A stretch of 32,000 bases of DNA from Psychrobacter cryohalolentis K5 (GCF_000013905.1 NC_007969.1:870001-902000), one strand, 5' to 3'. Shown: positions 10,771-20,199, counted from the stretch's first letter. Notes: generated by a model from the letters alone, not told the origin. Made by a program: numbers and translations.

Positions 10771-11597
10771 GAGATCAGCATCCGCTAGCTTTACTATTAC
10801 TCATTGCAGATATAGCAAGAAGCAGCTTTTACTATCATGTGCATGCATTAAAAGCTGATGATAAGTATGCCGATCTTAAACAGCGTATCAGTGACATCTA
10901 TCATTACCATAAAGGTCGATATGGCTATCGTAGAATCACTCAAACGCTTAAGAACGAAGGAATAAGATACAACCACAAGCTCATCGCACGGCTTATGAAC
11001 GAGCTTAAACTTACCGCGAGAATCAGACGACAGAAGTATCGATCCTATAAAGGTCAGTGTGGCGTCATTGCCAAGAATAGAGTCAAACGCAGGTTCAGAG
11101 CGAAAGCGCCCAATCGCAGGTGGTTTACTGACATCACAGAGTTTAAAGTCGGTGATGAGAAGTTGTATCTGTCTCCTATACTAGACTGCTTCAACAATGA
11201 GATCATCAGTTATACGCTCTCAAGACGACCCGTATATGACTTGGTGAAACAGATGCTAGATAGTGCACTTAAGGGCATACCTACAAAGCGCAAGGAGACA
11301 CTGACGCTGCATTCAGATCAAGGGTGGCACTATCAGATAAAACCGTTTGCGACAACGCTTGAAACGCATAAAATTAAACAGAGTATGAGTAGAAAAGGCA
11401 ACTGCTTAGACAATGCGCTGATGGAGAGCTTCTTCGGTACGCTAAAATGTGAAACTATTTATATTGAAAAGCCATCGAGTATTGAGGCTTTAGAGAAACA
11501 GATTCATAACTTTATGCTCTACTACAATCATGAGAGAATTCAGATGAAACTAAAAGGACTAAGCCCTGTACAATACAGAACTCAGTCCTTGATTTAA
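10701..11597 (+). CDS. IS3-family transposase OrfB (DDE/rve catalytic domain), expressed as an OrfAB fusion by -1 frameshift
   Basis: The -1 frame is open from the slippery site; I translated 10701-10850 with no stops, reading ...LRDQHPLALLLLIADIARSSFYYH.... DDE signature present: WFTDITEF, LHSDQGWHYQ, SRKGNCLDNALMESFFGTLKCE. The first in-frame GTG is at 10839. Confidence 0.9.
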   Translation, partial: KKARCLAQREESQSDKARLVKGLRDQHPLALLLLIADIARSSFYYHVHALKADDKYADLKQRISDIYHYHKGRYGYRRITQTLKNEGIRYNHKLIARLMNELKLTARIRRQKYRSYKGQCGVIAKNRVKRRFRAKAPNRRWFTDITEFKVGDEKLYLSPILDCFNNEIISYTLSRRPVYDLVKQMLDSALKGIPTKRKETLTLHSDQGWHYQIKPFATTLETHKIKQSMSRKGNCLDNALMESFFGTLKCETIYIEKPSSIEALEKQIHNFMLYYNHERIQMKLKGLSPVQYRTQSLI

Positions 11598-11804
11598 TTA
11601 AACTGTCCAAGTTTAGGGGGTCAGTTCAATTGATTGCGGGGTTTTTTGCTGTGAGCAATGGCTGGTTTCTCTTATTATCTTATGTATAATATGGGAGCAG
11701 GCGGAAACCGTGGCTCTGTATGTTATTTCTCCTTTTCTATCTCGGGACGGACCGATACTTTGATAGGCACTTTTTGTTTGCAATCAAGTGCTTTGGAGTT
11801 TTGG

Positions 11805-12248
11805 TTGATTACTTTATCCCCCATCAAACGTCGCATTGTCTATGTGACTGTCTTTGAAATCATTGCTATCATTTCATCTACCTTGGTTCTTATGCTGTTG
11901 AGTAACAGCAGCGCCGCAGAATCTCTACCAGTTGCCGTGATGGTCTCATTGGCAGCGGTGATTTGGAATTTTATTTACAATACGGCATTTGAAAACTGGG
12001 AACGTCGTAAGCAGGTGCCGCAGCGCACGTTATTGGTACGTAGTGCCCATGCGATAGGTTTTGAAGGCGGGTTGGTTCTGATTTGCCTACCGCTATATAT
12101 GATTTGGTATGATGTTGGTTTTATCAAAGCCTTTATGATGGAAGCCGCGCTATTGCTGTTTTTCTTGGTTTATACTTTTTTCTTTACCTTGGGTTTTGAC
12201 AAAATATTTACCTTACCACATCACTATAAAAGTGCTTCTGCTTCTTGA
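11805..12248 (+). CDS. PACE-family (AceI-like, bacterial transmembrane pair) efflux protein
   Basis: Tandem BTP halves with motifs resembling Acinetobacter AceI: RRIVYVTVFEIIAI..., NTAFENWERR, RSAHAIGFEGGLVL, LVYTFFFTLGFDKIF. A TTG start at 11805 with GGAG 6 nt upstream gives 148 aa. The track start at 11658 would add a non-helical 49-aa extension. Confidence 0.75.
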   Translation: MITLSPIKRRIVYVTVFEIIAIISSTLVLMLLSNSSAAESLPVAVMVSLAAVIWNFIYNTAFENWERRKQVPQRTLLVRSAHAIGFEGGLVLICLPLYMIWYDVGFIKAFMMEAALLLFFLVYTFFFTLGFDKIFTLPHHYKSASAS

Positions 12249-12308
12249 TAAATAAAGAGGTCAATGGGAATAATTTTGACCATTAATTATATAATTTATC
12301 CAAAATAA

Positions 12309-12330
12309 AAGGCTACCTAATGGCAGCCTT
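12309..12330 (-). terminator. Terminator hairpin between the convergent PACE and crotonase genes
   Basis: AAGGCTACC / GGCAGCCTT stem (one mismatch) with a TAAT loop. On the minus strand it is followed by TTTTATTTTG. Confidence 0.65.
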
Positions 12331-12365
12331 TCGAATGATATTTAGTAGAACAGTGTTATCAGTTT

Positions 12366-13163
12366 TTATTTGCCTTGATAAACGGGCTTACGCTTTTCCA
12401 TAAATGCGGTAATACCTTCTTTAAAATCATCGGTTTTAGCAAGCATCGTTTGTTGTTCTACTTCCATATCCAATGCTTCATTAAGACCCATATAGGCATG
12501 AGTATTAATCATGTGCTTCATCGATGCCAATGCTTTGCCGGGTAGATTGCTCAGACGCGTTGCCAATGCCAGTACGCTCGCATCAAGCTCATCGTTACTA
12601 ACCACATCGTTGACTAAGTTTAAGCGTGCCATATCTTCCGCTTTGAGCTTATCGCCAAGCATGACCATTTCATTCGTTTTTGCGACGCCAATCAATTGAT
12701 TCAATAAGTAAATACCACCAGCATCTGGAATCAGACCAATATTGACAAAAGCTTGTACAAATTTGGCATTTTCAGCGGCAATACGAAAGTCACAAGTCAG
12801 CGCCAAGTTCATGCCAGCACCAGCAACGGCACCTTCTAATTTGGCGATAATAGGCTTATGAATATTACGCAGCTTTAAGCTAATCTCAGCGACTTCACTA
12901 ACCATAAAGTTTAGCTTATCTGATAATGCCTCGCTTTCCATACCGTTTTCTAACATCTCACCGATATGCCCGCCACTTGAGAAGTTATTGCCGGCGCCCT
13001 GTAAGACAATGACTCGTACTTGCTCATCTTCATCGGCTTTGGTCAATGCTGCCATCATGGCATCTTTGAGTACCGTGCTAAAGGCGTTCAAGGTTTTAGG
13101 ATCGTTCATTGTGATGGTAGCAATATGGTTTTCGGCTTGGTATTCGACGAGAGCTTGTGACAT
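12366..13163 (-). CDS. Enoyl-CoA hydratase/isomerase (crotonase) family protein
   Basis: 265 aa. Crotonase hallmarks: ITMNDPKTLNAF, VIVLQGAGNNFSSGG, IAKLEGAVAGAGMNLALTCDFRIA, and C-terminal EGITAFMEKRKP. Confidence 0.9.
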   Translation of the reverse strand: MSQALVEYQAENHIATITMNDPKTLNAFSTVLKDAMMAALTKADEDEQVRVIVLQGAGNNFSSGGHIGEMLENGMESEALSDKLNFMVSEVAEISLKLRNIHKPIIAKLEGAVAGAGMNLALTCDFRIAAENAKFVQAFVNIGLIPDAGGIYLLNQLIGVAKTNEMVMLGDKLKAEDMARLNLVNDVVSNDELDASVLALATRLSNLPGKALASMKHMINTHAYMGLNEALDMEVEQQTMLAKTDDFKEGITAFMEKRKPVYQGK

Positions 13164-13265
13164 TTTGGATATCCTTAAGATGATGTTCTAGATAATGGTT
13201 GCAATAAAATACTGGTATAGTCATGCCTGAATAAAAGAAATATACAGGTTATAAAGCACTACTGA

Positions 13266-13341
13266 GGTTAATTTTTCTTGCTTTCTGTGCCTGCACAGAC
13301 AGAGGCTGCGAATAATTAACCTCAGTATTGTTGTACTCTTT
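13266..13341. repeat. Intergenic palindromic repeat, copy 2 (inverted relative to copy 1)
   Basis: Perfect 14-bp terminal inverted repeat: TACTGAGGTTAATT (13270-13283) / AATTAACCTCAGTA (13324-13337). Core GACAGAGGCTGCG (13308-13320), CTGTGCCT and AATTTTTCT are reverse complements of copy 1 segments. Confidence 0.7.
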
Positions 13342-13602
13342 TAAAATTGGATCAACTATATCAGCAGTAAGTAAAACAAATAGGGCAATACTAATTACTA
13401 TAGCAGTTTGAGCTTATTATAAAAGCGAGATTTGTGCGCGCTTAAGGCACGTTTTGAATAACATTTTTGCTGCTATCACTATTGCCAAAGGTATAAAACC
13501 TATCATTCAAAAATAAGGCTACTATCTGTAAGAGGGTTGAATTATTCTAGAAGACAGATTTCAAAAGGTTTTATTTTTTATCACACCAACAAGGAAGTGG
13601 TT

Positions 13603-14415
13603 ATGCCAATGATTCATGTCAATGATATCGATATTTATTATGAAGACAGCGCGCCAAACGATAAGCAAAAGCCCATCATGGTATTCGCCCATGGTTTGCT
13701 ATGGAATACGCGTATGTTTGACAATCAAGTCGAGTATTTTAAAGCGGGTTATCGCTGTATTGCGTTTGATTTTCGGGGACAAGGTCAGTCTGAAATTACC
13801 AAATCTGGCTATGATATGGAAACCTTAACTGAAGATACGCTGGCGTTGTTAGATGCGCTAGATATTCAGCAGTGTCATTTTTTAGGACTATCAATGGGTG
13901 GATTTGTCGCCCAACGTATTGCGTTAAAGCGTCCTGAATTATTGCTATCACTGACGCTGCTTGAAACCTCTGCTGATCCTGAAGATCCTAAAAACGTGCC
14001 ACAGTACCGCAAGCTGATTAAAGCCATTCGTTGGTTGGGCATGAAGCGTGTCAGCCAAAAAGTAATGCCCATTATGTTTGGCAGCAGTTTTTTAGCAGAT
14101 AAATCGCGTAAAACTGACCGTAGAGAGTGGTTGTCTATGTTGCAAAGCAATCGTAAGGGCGGGGTCATCAAGGCAACTACTGGCGTGATTGAGCGCTCTG
14201 CAACGTATGATCAGCTCAGTGATATCAAGACGCCGACGCTTATCATCGTTGGCGATGAAGATGTGGCAACACCGTATGCAAAAGCTGAGCGCATGCACTT
14301 TGCGATAGCAGGCTCTAAGCTGGTGGTGATTAAAGGTGCGGGGCATACGGCAACGGTTGAAGAGCCGGAGCAAGTTAATAAAGCTATTAATAAGTTTTTG
14401 GTAAACTTTATATAG
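13603..14415 (+). CDS. Alpha/beta-fold hydrolase (enol-lactonase/esterase-like)
   Basis: HGLLWN oxyanion motif, GLSMGG nucleophile elbow, and C-terminal GAGHTATVEEP histidine. ATG at 13603 is preceded by AAGGAAG. Confidence 0.85.
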   Translation: MPMIHVNDIDIYYEDSAPNDKQKPIMVFAHGLLWNTRMFDNQVEYFKAGYRCIAFDFRGQGQSEITKSGYDMETLTEDTLALLDALDIQQCHFLGLSMGGFVAQRIALKRPELLLSLTLLETSADPEDPKNVPQYRKLIKAIRWLGMKRVSQKVMPIMFGSSFLADKSRKTDRREWLSMLQSNRKGGVIKATTGVIERSATYDQLSDIKTPTLIIVGDEDVATPYAKAERMHFAIAGSKLVVIKGAGHTATVEEPEQVNKAINKFLVNFI

Positions 14416-14473
14416 TGTTCATTTCGGATCTATATACCTGATATAACAGCGTTTATTATCGCAAAAAATGTAG

Positions 14474-14512
14474 AAAAAAAGCCGTTATCATGGATTTGAT
14501 AACGGCTTTTTT
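14474..14512. terminator. Bidirectional rho-independent terminator between the hydrolase gene and the C-C lyase-like gene
   Basis: GCCGTTATC (14481-14489) / GATAACGGC (14498-14506) form a perfect stem, flanked by A7 on the left and T6 on the right. Confidence 0.8.
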
Positions 14513-14538
14513 AACGCTTTAAAAAGAGTGTTTACAAT

Positions 14539-15627
14539 CTATAAGCGCGCTGTATAGTCGTTATTGCCATCATTAATGGTGCCAAAAACGTTAGCTCTAT
14601 TGACGATTTCGGTTGCCCAAGCACGATGGGTAGCAGGCTCTAGCATAGTATTGTTATATTTAAAGACCGCTTTTGCCTCGCTATGTAATATCGCCTGTGC
14701 CTCATCTAAAGTGCTAAGCGGTACGCAGTATGCTTGCTGTACCAAGGCAATCTGACTTGGATGAATAACGGTTTTTCCGACCAAGCCCAAGCTGACATCA
14801 CGCGTCAACTCTTGCATAAATAACGTAGGCTCATCCAAATACTCAAACACCGGCGCCGACAGATAAAAGCCATGGGGCACAAAACAGCCAAGCAGCTGGT
14901 AGGCTAGTGTACCAACAGGTGTATCATAGACAAGGCTATTCTTAGGACGGCGCAAACGCAGTGCTGCAAATAAATCATTACCACCAATACGCAAAGCAAA
15001 TACCGGCTGGCTAAAAGCTTCTTTGAAACCAATCGCCAGCTCTTGATTATGATGAGGATTAAACAACGCTGCCGTCTCAAGCGTTGGCATTAATAGCATG
15101 TCAGTACTAAGATTCTGGCATGCCATGCGCCAATTAGATAGACTGTACATATCGACTTTTGGCATCACAAAACCGTCAATCAAATCAATATGGGTAAAGC
15201 CCGATAACTGCTCTAACATGGCAGGATGGCGCGGACGTACAAATACCAACGGACGCGTTGGCTGCTCAGTCTGTATCTTGGTTTGTTGTGTTTCAGCTTG
15301 CTGTATCGGCTCATTGATACTATCGACGTGCGTTGCCCACGTATACAGCAGCGTCTGCAAGCGCTCAAGTGCCAACTCAACATCATTGTGGCTGACCGCA
15401 TCTTCTAGACAGATGATAATACTATTAATCGTCGGTAATTTATCACGCTTGATCACTTGCCAGATATCTTGGCGCGTCGCTGGCATATATAAGCTCGCTC
15501 CCAACTGATACGGATGATGCATGTTAGGTTTGAGCATAGCATGACGCTCAGTAATCAGATGCGCGTAAGACTGGGTGTTTTGATAAAGGTGGGACTCGTT
15601 TTTTGGCATATCTGACATAATGGGCAT
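14539..15627 (-). CDS. HpcH/CitE-like TIM-barrel C-C lyase (Ter-associated type)
   Basis: CitE/HpcH-like motifs: SLYMPATR, IIICLEDAV, RIGGNDLFAAL, GKTVIHPSQI. Last gene of the HAD, PRTase-like, lyase operon. Has a Q/T-rich internal insertion. Confidence 0.8.
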   Translation of the reverse strand: MPIMSDMPKNESHLYQNTQSYAHLITERHAMLKPNMHHPYQLGASLYMPATRQDIWQVIKRDKLPTINSIIICLEDAVSHNDVELALERLQTLLYTWATHVDSINEPIQQAETQQTKIQTEQPTRPLVFVRPRHPAMLEQLSGFTHIDLIDGFVMPKVDMYSLSNWRMACQNLSTDMLLMPTLETAALFNPHHNQELAIGFKEAFSQPVFALRIGGNDLFAALRLRRPKNSLVYDTPVGTLAYQLLGCFVPHGFYLSAPVFEYLDEPTLFMQELTRDVSLGLVGKTVIHPSQIALVQQAYCVPLSTLDEAQAILHSEAKAVFKYNNTMLEPATHRAWATEIVNRANVFGTINDGNNDYTARL

Positions 15628-15695
15628 CGTAAATAGTGGTAAATGAATGGGGCTAAAAGTATGGTTTCAAGATTAGGTAGAAAGATAAGGAGTTA

Positions 15696-16877
15696 TTAAT
15701 CGTCTGTAGCGCGCTGCTTAATAAGGGTAATCGCTTGATAAGGCAGTATTTTATCACCTAGTACGCTAATAGCGATATGTCGCTGTGTACATAAATGCCT
15801 TAATAATATAGTGTCGGGGTGCTCAGCGCTCGCTAACAAAATACGTTCAGGGTCGCGGCGTAGTATCGCGCGTGTCGCCTCAGCAATGGTCGGTTTAATA
15901 CGATTACGATTGCTGATATTGTATTCTGCTGCCAGCTTATCGACTAAGTCGGCCGTTTGATAGCGAGGTTGCTTATGTGTTGGCAAGCATTTCAAAGGTG
16001 TGTTTAATATACGCCTTGTCGCATCGATACAATCAATAAAGGCCAGACTATGATCTGCACTGATCAAATTATCATAAAAGACACTGCGATGCAGCCCCAA
16101 TTCCGGCTCAGTATATAAACTGCGTGATATAAGCCCTGATACAGTACTATTTAATAAACCTGACGGAATCAACCAGTCATCGATACTAGCAGCCAGCCAA
16201 GCAACACCAGCCGGATCAGCAAGGGTCAGTAGCGGTATAACATCCTGACCTTGATGGAAAATATTGGCAAAGTTAGGGTGGTTAGGATCGGAAAATGCTT
16301 TTAGACTATGCGCCAGTTCTTGATAAATCGCCCCTTTACCTGTCCAACCATCCACAAATACAATCGGGCTATGAGGATGATTATTTAATATCATCTTTAA
16401 AGCAACCGGATCAAGACCACGATCTCGTATAATACTGACGCCATAATGCACACTTGGTAGAGAGTAGCTGCTATTGGCAGTTGCTAATGCGCGTTGTAAC
16501 AGTACGCCTATTGGTAAACCGGCACGCACAAGACTGACTAAAATTAACGGGCGCTCATTATTGAAGTTTGACTGAAAAACTTGCTGTAGCGTATGGGCCA
16601 AATTGGTAATATCAGTTGCTGCTCTTACTTTTCCCTGCTCTAACGCCTCAATATATAGCTGCTCATGCATGGCACTTGGCGCGTCTTCCAAAGTCAGCAT
16701 ATCAGAATAATGACGCTGCCCACTTTGAATCAGTGCTTCTTTTTGACTGACAGGCACATCAGCAACGGCATCTTTATCAACGATATTGAGCAGCACAGTG
16801 ACATCGCTAGCAAGATAGCTGCCTGAGCCATATTGTGATAAATCGGCTGTTTTAATATTAGAATGGATTGAAGTCAT
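15696..16877 (-). CDS. PRTase-like protein of the Ter-associated family often annotated 'StiP'
   Basis: 393 aa. The PRPP-loop-like IVFVDGWTGKGAI is preceded by LILVSLVRAGLPIG. The separate C-terminal ~100-aa domain is reported in the literature as PELOTA-like RNA-binding. Context is with the HAD and CitE-like genes. Confidence 0.7.
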   Translation of the reverse strand: MTSIHSNIKTADLSQYGSGSYLASDVTVLLNIVDKDAVADVPVSQKEALIQSGQRHYSDMLTLEDAPSAMHEQLYIEALEQGKVRAATDITNLAHTLQQVFQSNFNNERPLILVSLVRAGLPIGVLLQRALATANSSYSLPSVHYGVSIIRDRGLDPVALKMILNNHPHSPIVFVDGWTGKGAIYQELAHSLKAFSDPNHPNFANIFHQGQDVIPLLTLADPAGVAWLAASIDDWLIPSGLLNSTVSGLISRSLYTEPELGLHRSVFYDNLISADHSLAFIDCIDATRRILNTPLKCLPTHKQPRYQTADLVDKLAAEYNISNRNRIKPTIAEATRAILRRDPERILLASAEHPDTILLRHLCTQRHIAISVLGDKILPYQAITLIKQRATDD

Positions 16878-16958
16878 AGTAGAAATAGTTGTACTCGTTT
16901 GATGACGGTTTAATAATAGATTAATAGCAGAATATCATTTAATAAAAGGTAGCGCTCA

Positions 16959-17765
16959 TCATTTAGCTGCAAATTTCTCATGTAGCTGTCCATGATTGGG
17001 CATGCCGTACCAGTCAAGTAATTGCAGAAATGGCAGATCTGCCAGACTGTCACCAAAACCGAAGCTTGGGCGCTGATGATCCAAATGCTGCTCCAACAAA
17101 AATTGTACCGCATGACGTTTATGAATAGCATGCGGCAATATTGCTAAATTATTAGCATTCACATGCACATAAAAAATCTCATCAAAATCTGGTATGAGCG
17201 TTGGTAATTGTATGGCTAACTCTGCCAATGCTTGATGGTCTTTTTGTGTGTGTTTGATCGCTATATAAATGGTCATCTCGCTATCGATAAAAGTATCTTT
17301 ATGCGGGGTGAGCTTTAAGTCGTTATGTACGTTATTGCAGCCATTCACCCACTCAGTCAGCTGACTGAGCTTATCTTGTACTGGAGCAAGCGCGTTATAC
17401 ATATGCTGCTGCCACGTGCTTAGTAGCTCACCATCAGACGCTAAAATGACCGCGCCATGGGTCAATACTTGCCAGCTATTAAAAGGCAGTTTGACGCGTT
17501 TAATTTCTTGACGATCACGTGCTGTGACAGCTATCAATTCAGTACTGGCAAATAGCCAATTAAAAAAGACCGCTTGGCGCTGACTCATAAAGCTTAACGG
17601 CTCACCTTGTTTATTGATGGTGGCGCAAACCAAATTTTCAGGTTCAGTAGTGGGTAATTCCCATGCATCAATTTTACGCTGAGTTTGAAAGAGCGTATCG
17701 TCCAAATCCATTAGCGCATAAGGTTTTACAATATTTAAGTTCGGTTGGAAAAATGGGGAGGTCAT
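16959..17765 (-). CDS. HAD-superfamily phosphatase (Ter-associated)
   Basis: Motif I LMDLDDTLF (DxDxT), motif II VTARD, motif IV GFGDSLADL. The ATG at 17765 (MTSPFF) is preferred over the track's TTG at 17777. Confidence 0.8.
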   Translation of the reverse strand: MTSPFFQPNLNIVKPYALMDLDDTLFQTQRKIDAWELPTTEPENLVCATINKQGEPLSFMSQRQAVFFNWLFASTELIAVTARDRQEIKRVKLPFNSWQVLTHGAVILASDGELLSTWQQHMYNALAPVQDKLSQLTEWVNGCNNVHNDLKLTPHKDTFIDSEMTIYIAIKHTQKDHQALAELAIQLPTLIPDFDEIFYVHVNANNLAILPHAIHKRHAVQFLLEQHLDHQRPSFGFGDSLADLPFLQLLDWYGMPNHGQLHEKFAAK

Positions 17766-18169
17766 GACGTTTTCCAAAGATAAAAATGATGATAAGACTG
17801 TTTATAGATGGCTTGGATACGAATATGTAAGGGAGGTGCAGCGCTGTTTTTTAAAACTGAGCATTACCTATTTATCAGACTTTAGCCAAATGCAGACAGT
17901 ATAACGATAATCATAAAAAAGGTCAGAATAAATCGGTAATAAAAGTGCAGAATTATCGCAAGAGGATTGGACGTAACTCATTTGGAGTTAGCATATAAAT
18001 ATAATAAACTCAGAAAATTGAGTAACCAAACTTTCCAAGTTTATTAAAGGGTGATTATGCAGACGGCAGGATAATACTAGGTTTCTTGTGATAGCGACTA
18101 TAGACTCAGCAACAATCACTGTCATATGTTTATACTATCATTTAAATAACAAAGAAATATTTGAATATC

Positions 18170-19141
18170 CTATCCATATATTTCTTCTAACCTTAGGCAA
18201 GAAACCAAGCGTCCTTCCCATTCACGTAGCTCAGGCTCAATTTCGCTACATATTGGTTTGGCATAGGGGCAGCGTTTATGAAGTGCGCAGCCACTTGGCG
18301 GATTAAGCGGACTAGGTAATTCGCCTTGTAGAGTCAGCTCTTTTTTATGACCCGTCACTGAAGGCGCTGCTGAGAGTAAAGCGATGGTATAAGGGTGTTT
18401 AGGATCATTATAAATAGCATCTTTAGCACCGTGCTCAACGGCCTTGCCTAAATACATGACCATCACGTCATCTGCTACGTGGCGTACGACAGAAAGGTTA
18501 TGCGAGATAAAGACATAGGCAGTATGATATTCATCTTGTAAATCCATAAATAGATTCAGTACTTGCGCCTGAATAGAGACGTCAAGTGCTGACGTTGGCT
18601 CATCAGCGACGACAATTTTAGGGTTGAGCATCATGGCACGGGCAAGAGCAATACGTTGGCGCTGACCGCCAGAAAACATATGCGGATAGCGACCGGTATG
18701 CTCAGGACGCAAACCAACGTGCTTCATCATTGCATGGACTTTGGTGCGTTTTTCTTCTTTGCTCAGCGTGGTATGAATGTCTAACGGTTCTGTGAGCTGA
18801 AAACCGATAGTATGACGTGGATTAAGACTGCCATAAGGGTTTTGGAATACCATCTGAATCTCAGTACGCAAGTTTTTAAGCGCACTTCTACTATAACTCG
18901 TAGTTGCCTCATCGTTAATAAATAACTCGCCACTGGTAGGTTCTTCTATCAAGGTAAGCTGGCGCGCCAAAGTAGATTTGCCACATCCTGACTCACCAAC
19001 GACTGCGAGAGTTTTCCCTGCTTCTAGCTCAAATGAGATGCCATTTAATGCCTTAACAAACGCTTTGCCTTTTCCTAAGCCTAGAGACACTTGATAGTGC
19101 TTATGTAAGTTATCTGCCTTTAAGACGATTTTATTACTCAT
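18170..19141 (-). CDS. dppF: Dipeptide ABC transporter ATP-binding protein DppF
   Basis: Walker [10 protein letters not shown], signature FSGGQRQR, Walker [13 protein letters not shown], and an oligopeptide-type C-terminal Cys-rich tail. Overlaps dppD by 4 nt. Confidence 0.9.
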   Translation of the reverse strand: MSNKIVLKADNLHKHYQVSLGLGKGKAFVKALNGISFELEAGKTLAVVGESGCGKSTLARQLTLIEEPTSGELFINDEATTSYSRSALKNLRTEIQMVFQNPYGSLNPRHTIGFQLTEPLDIHTTLSKEEKRTKVHAMMKHVGLRPEHTGRYPHMFSGGQRQRIALARAMMLNPKIVVADEPTSALDVSIQAQVLNLFMDLQDEYHTAYVFISHNLSVVRHVADDVMVMYLGKAVEHGAKDAIYNDPKHPYTIALLSAAPSVTGHKKELTLQGELPSPLNPPSGCALHKRCPYAKPICSEIEPELREWEGRLVSCLRLEEIYG

Positions 19142-20199
19142 ATTTCAGACTCCATCGTAGCGGTTTGAGTAGTCCGAGTAGGATGTTCGGGAAGGGTGGC
19201 GTGAATACAGCGGACTTCGCCATTTGGGGTTGTTAAGATAGGTGGTGGCACCTCACAAGCCGGCTCTTTATAGGGACAGCGAGGAGAGAGCAGACAGCCT
19301 GTAGGCCTGTCATATTGGCTTGGCACCACACCTGGTAAGCTATTTAATCTATCTTGTCCAACAGCCAGTTCAGGAATCGCTTGCAGTAGGGCTTCGGTAT
19401 AAGGGTGCGCAGGTTTTTGGAATATCTCTGGCACTGTACTGGTCTCGACCACTTGACCGGCATACATGACAGCGACATCACGAGCGTTTTGTGCGACTAA
19501 GCCCAAGTCATGAGTGATGAGCACCATTGCCATTTGCTTTTCACGTTGCAGGCGACTGAGTAAATCCATGATTTGAGCCTGAACGGTAACGTCGAGAGCG
19601 GTCGTCGGCTCATCAGCGATAAGCAGTTTTGGCTCGCAAGCCAGTGCCATCGCAATCATGACCCGTTGACTCATACCACCTGAAAGTTGGTGCGGATAGA
19701 CACGTAGGCGATTCTTAGCATCTGGCATCTCAACCAGCTCTAATAACTCTAACAGACGCTGCCGTACTGCTGCGCCGCGCAAGCCAAGATGGGTAGTTAA
19801 TACTTCTCCCATTTGCATCTCGACCGTAAAGCTTGGATTCAGGCATGACATGGCGTTTTGAAATATCATCGAGATATCTTTGCCGATAATCTTGCGCTTT
19901 TGTTTTGCTGGCATGGTGAGGAGATTCTTGTCATCAAAGTTAAGACGATCAGCAACGACAGTGGCAGAAGAGGGTAATAAACCCATCAGTGCCATCATAG
20001 TGACCGATTTACCAGAGCCTGATTCACCGACAACCGCGACGACTTCTCCTTGTTTTATTTTTAAAGAGACATCATCGACCGCACGGAATGCTCGTGCTCC
20101 TTCTCCAAAAGTCACCGATAGATGCTCAATATCGAGGAGTAATGGGTTGTCTGTGGCAAGGTTATTTGCTATTGGGCTATTTACTTGAGAGTCGTTCAT
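19138..20199 (-). CDS. dppD: Dipeptide ABC transporter ATP-binding protein DppD
   Basis: Walker A GESGSGKS, signature LSGGMSQR, Walker [13 protein letters not shown]. Position in the operon. Confidence 0.9.
   Translation of the reverse strand: MNDSQVNSPIANNLATDNPLLLDIEHLSVTFGEGARAFRAVDDVSLKIKQGEVVAVVGESGSGKSVTMMALMGLLPSSATVVADRLNFDDKNLLTMPAKQKRKIIGKDISMIFQNAMSCLNPSFTVEMQMGEVLTTHLGLRGAAVRQRLLELLELVEMPDAKNRLRVYPHQLSGGMSQRVMIAMALACEPKLLIADEPTTALDVTVQAQIMDLLSRLQREKQMAMVLITHDLGLVAQNARDVAVMYAGQVVETSTVPEIFQKPAHPYTEALLQAIPELAVGQDRLNSLPGVVPSQYDRPTGCLLSPRCPYKEPACEVPPPILTTPNGEVRCIHATLPEHPTRTTQTATMESEI

Larger units (their letters stand above)
10207..11628 (+). mobile_element. Intact IS3-family insertion sequence (IS150-like organisation), 1422 bp
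   Basis: Terminal inverted repeats are TGAACTGACCCCCATAAGTTGGACA (10207-) and, at the right end in reverse complement, TGAACTGACCCCCTAAACTTGGACA. TG...CA ends. orfA and orfB lie in 0/-1 frames with an A_AAA_AAG slippery site. No flanking direct repeat found. Confidence 0.9.

Noticed and set aside
10199-11636. A search for the 3-4 bp target-site duplication expected for an IS3-family insertion.
   Set aside because: The flanks are ...ATCGTCA and ATTGATT..., and no direct repeat appears at any boundary offset of 0-3 nt. I report this as an absence, not as evidence that the element is defective, because the inverted repeats, frameshift site and both ORFs are intact.
11743-11754. CGGGACGGACCG in the PACE leader, which resembles an ACGR-loop hairpin of guanidine-II (mini-ykkC) riboswitches that control small efflux genes.
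   Set aside because: Only a 3-bp stem closes the loop, and there is no second ACGR hairpin nearby, whereas the motif needs two. PACE genes are not a known target class. This is probably coincidence.
11658-11804. The N-terminal 49-aa extension of the PACE ORF from the only ATG.
   Set aside because: The extension is not hydrophobic or helical and has no counterpart in the roughly 145-aa PACE proteins I know. A TTG with a well-spaced GGAG sits exactly where the conserved region begins. I kept it as an uncertainty in the finding rather than as the call.
15098-15508. The largest antisense ORF (136 aa, + strand) inside the CitE-like lyase gene.
   Set aside because: The translation is Cys-rich with no motifs, and it is entirely embedded opposite a gene with conserved CitE/HpcH motifs. 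It is most likely a shadow ORF. Only ribosome profiling could revive it.
16910-17131. A 73-aa minus-strand ORF overlapping the 3' end of the HAD gene in another frame.
   Set aside because: It overlaps the HAD coding frame, which carries motif IV (GDSLAD) in that region. It has no RBS and no recognisable family.
18088-18306. A 72-aa + strand ORF at the dppF 3' end.
   Set aside because: Its second half is antisense to the conserved C-terminus of DppF, and its first half is AT-rich spacer with no RBS.
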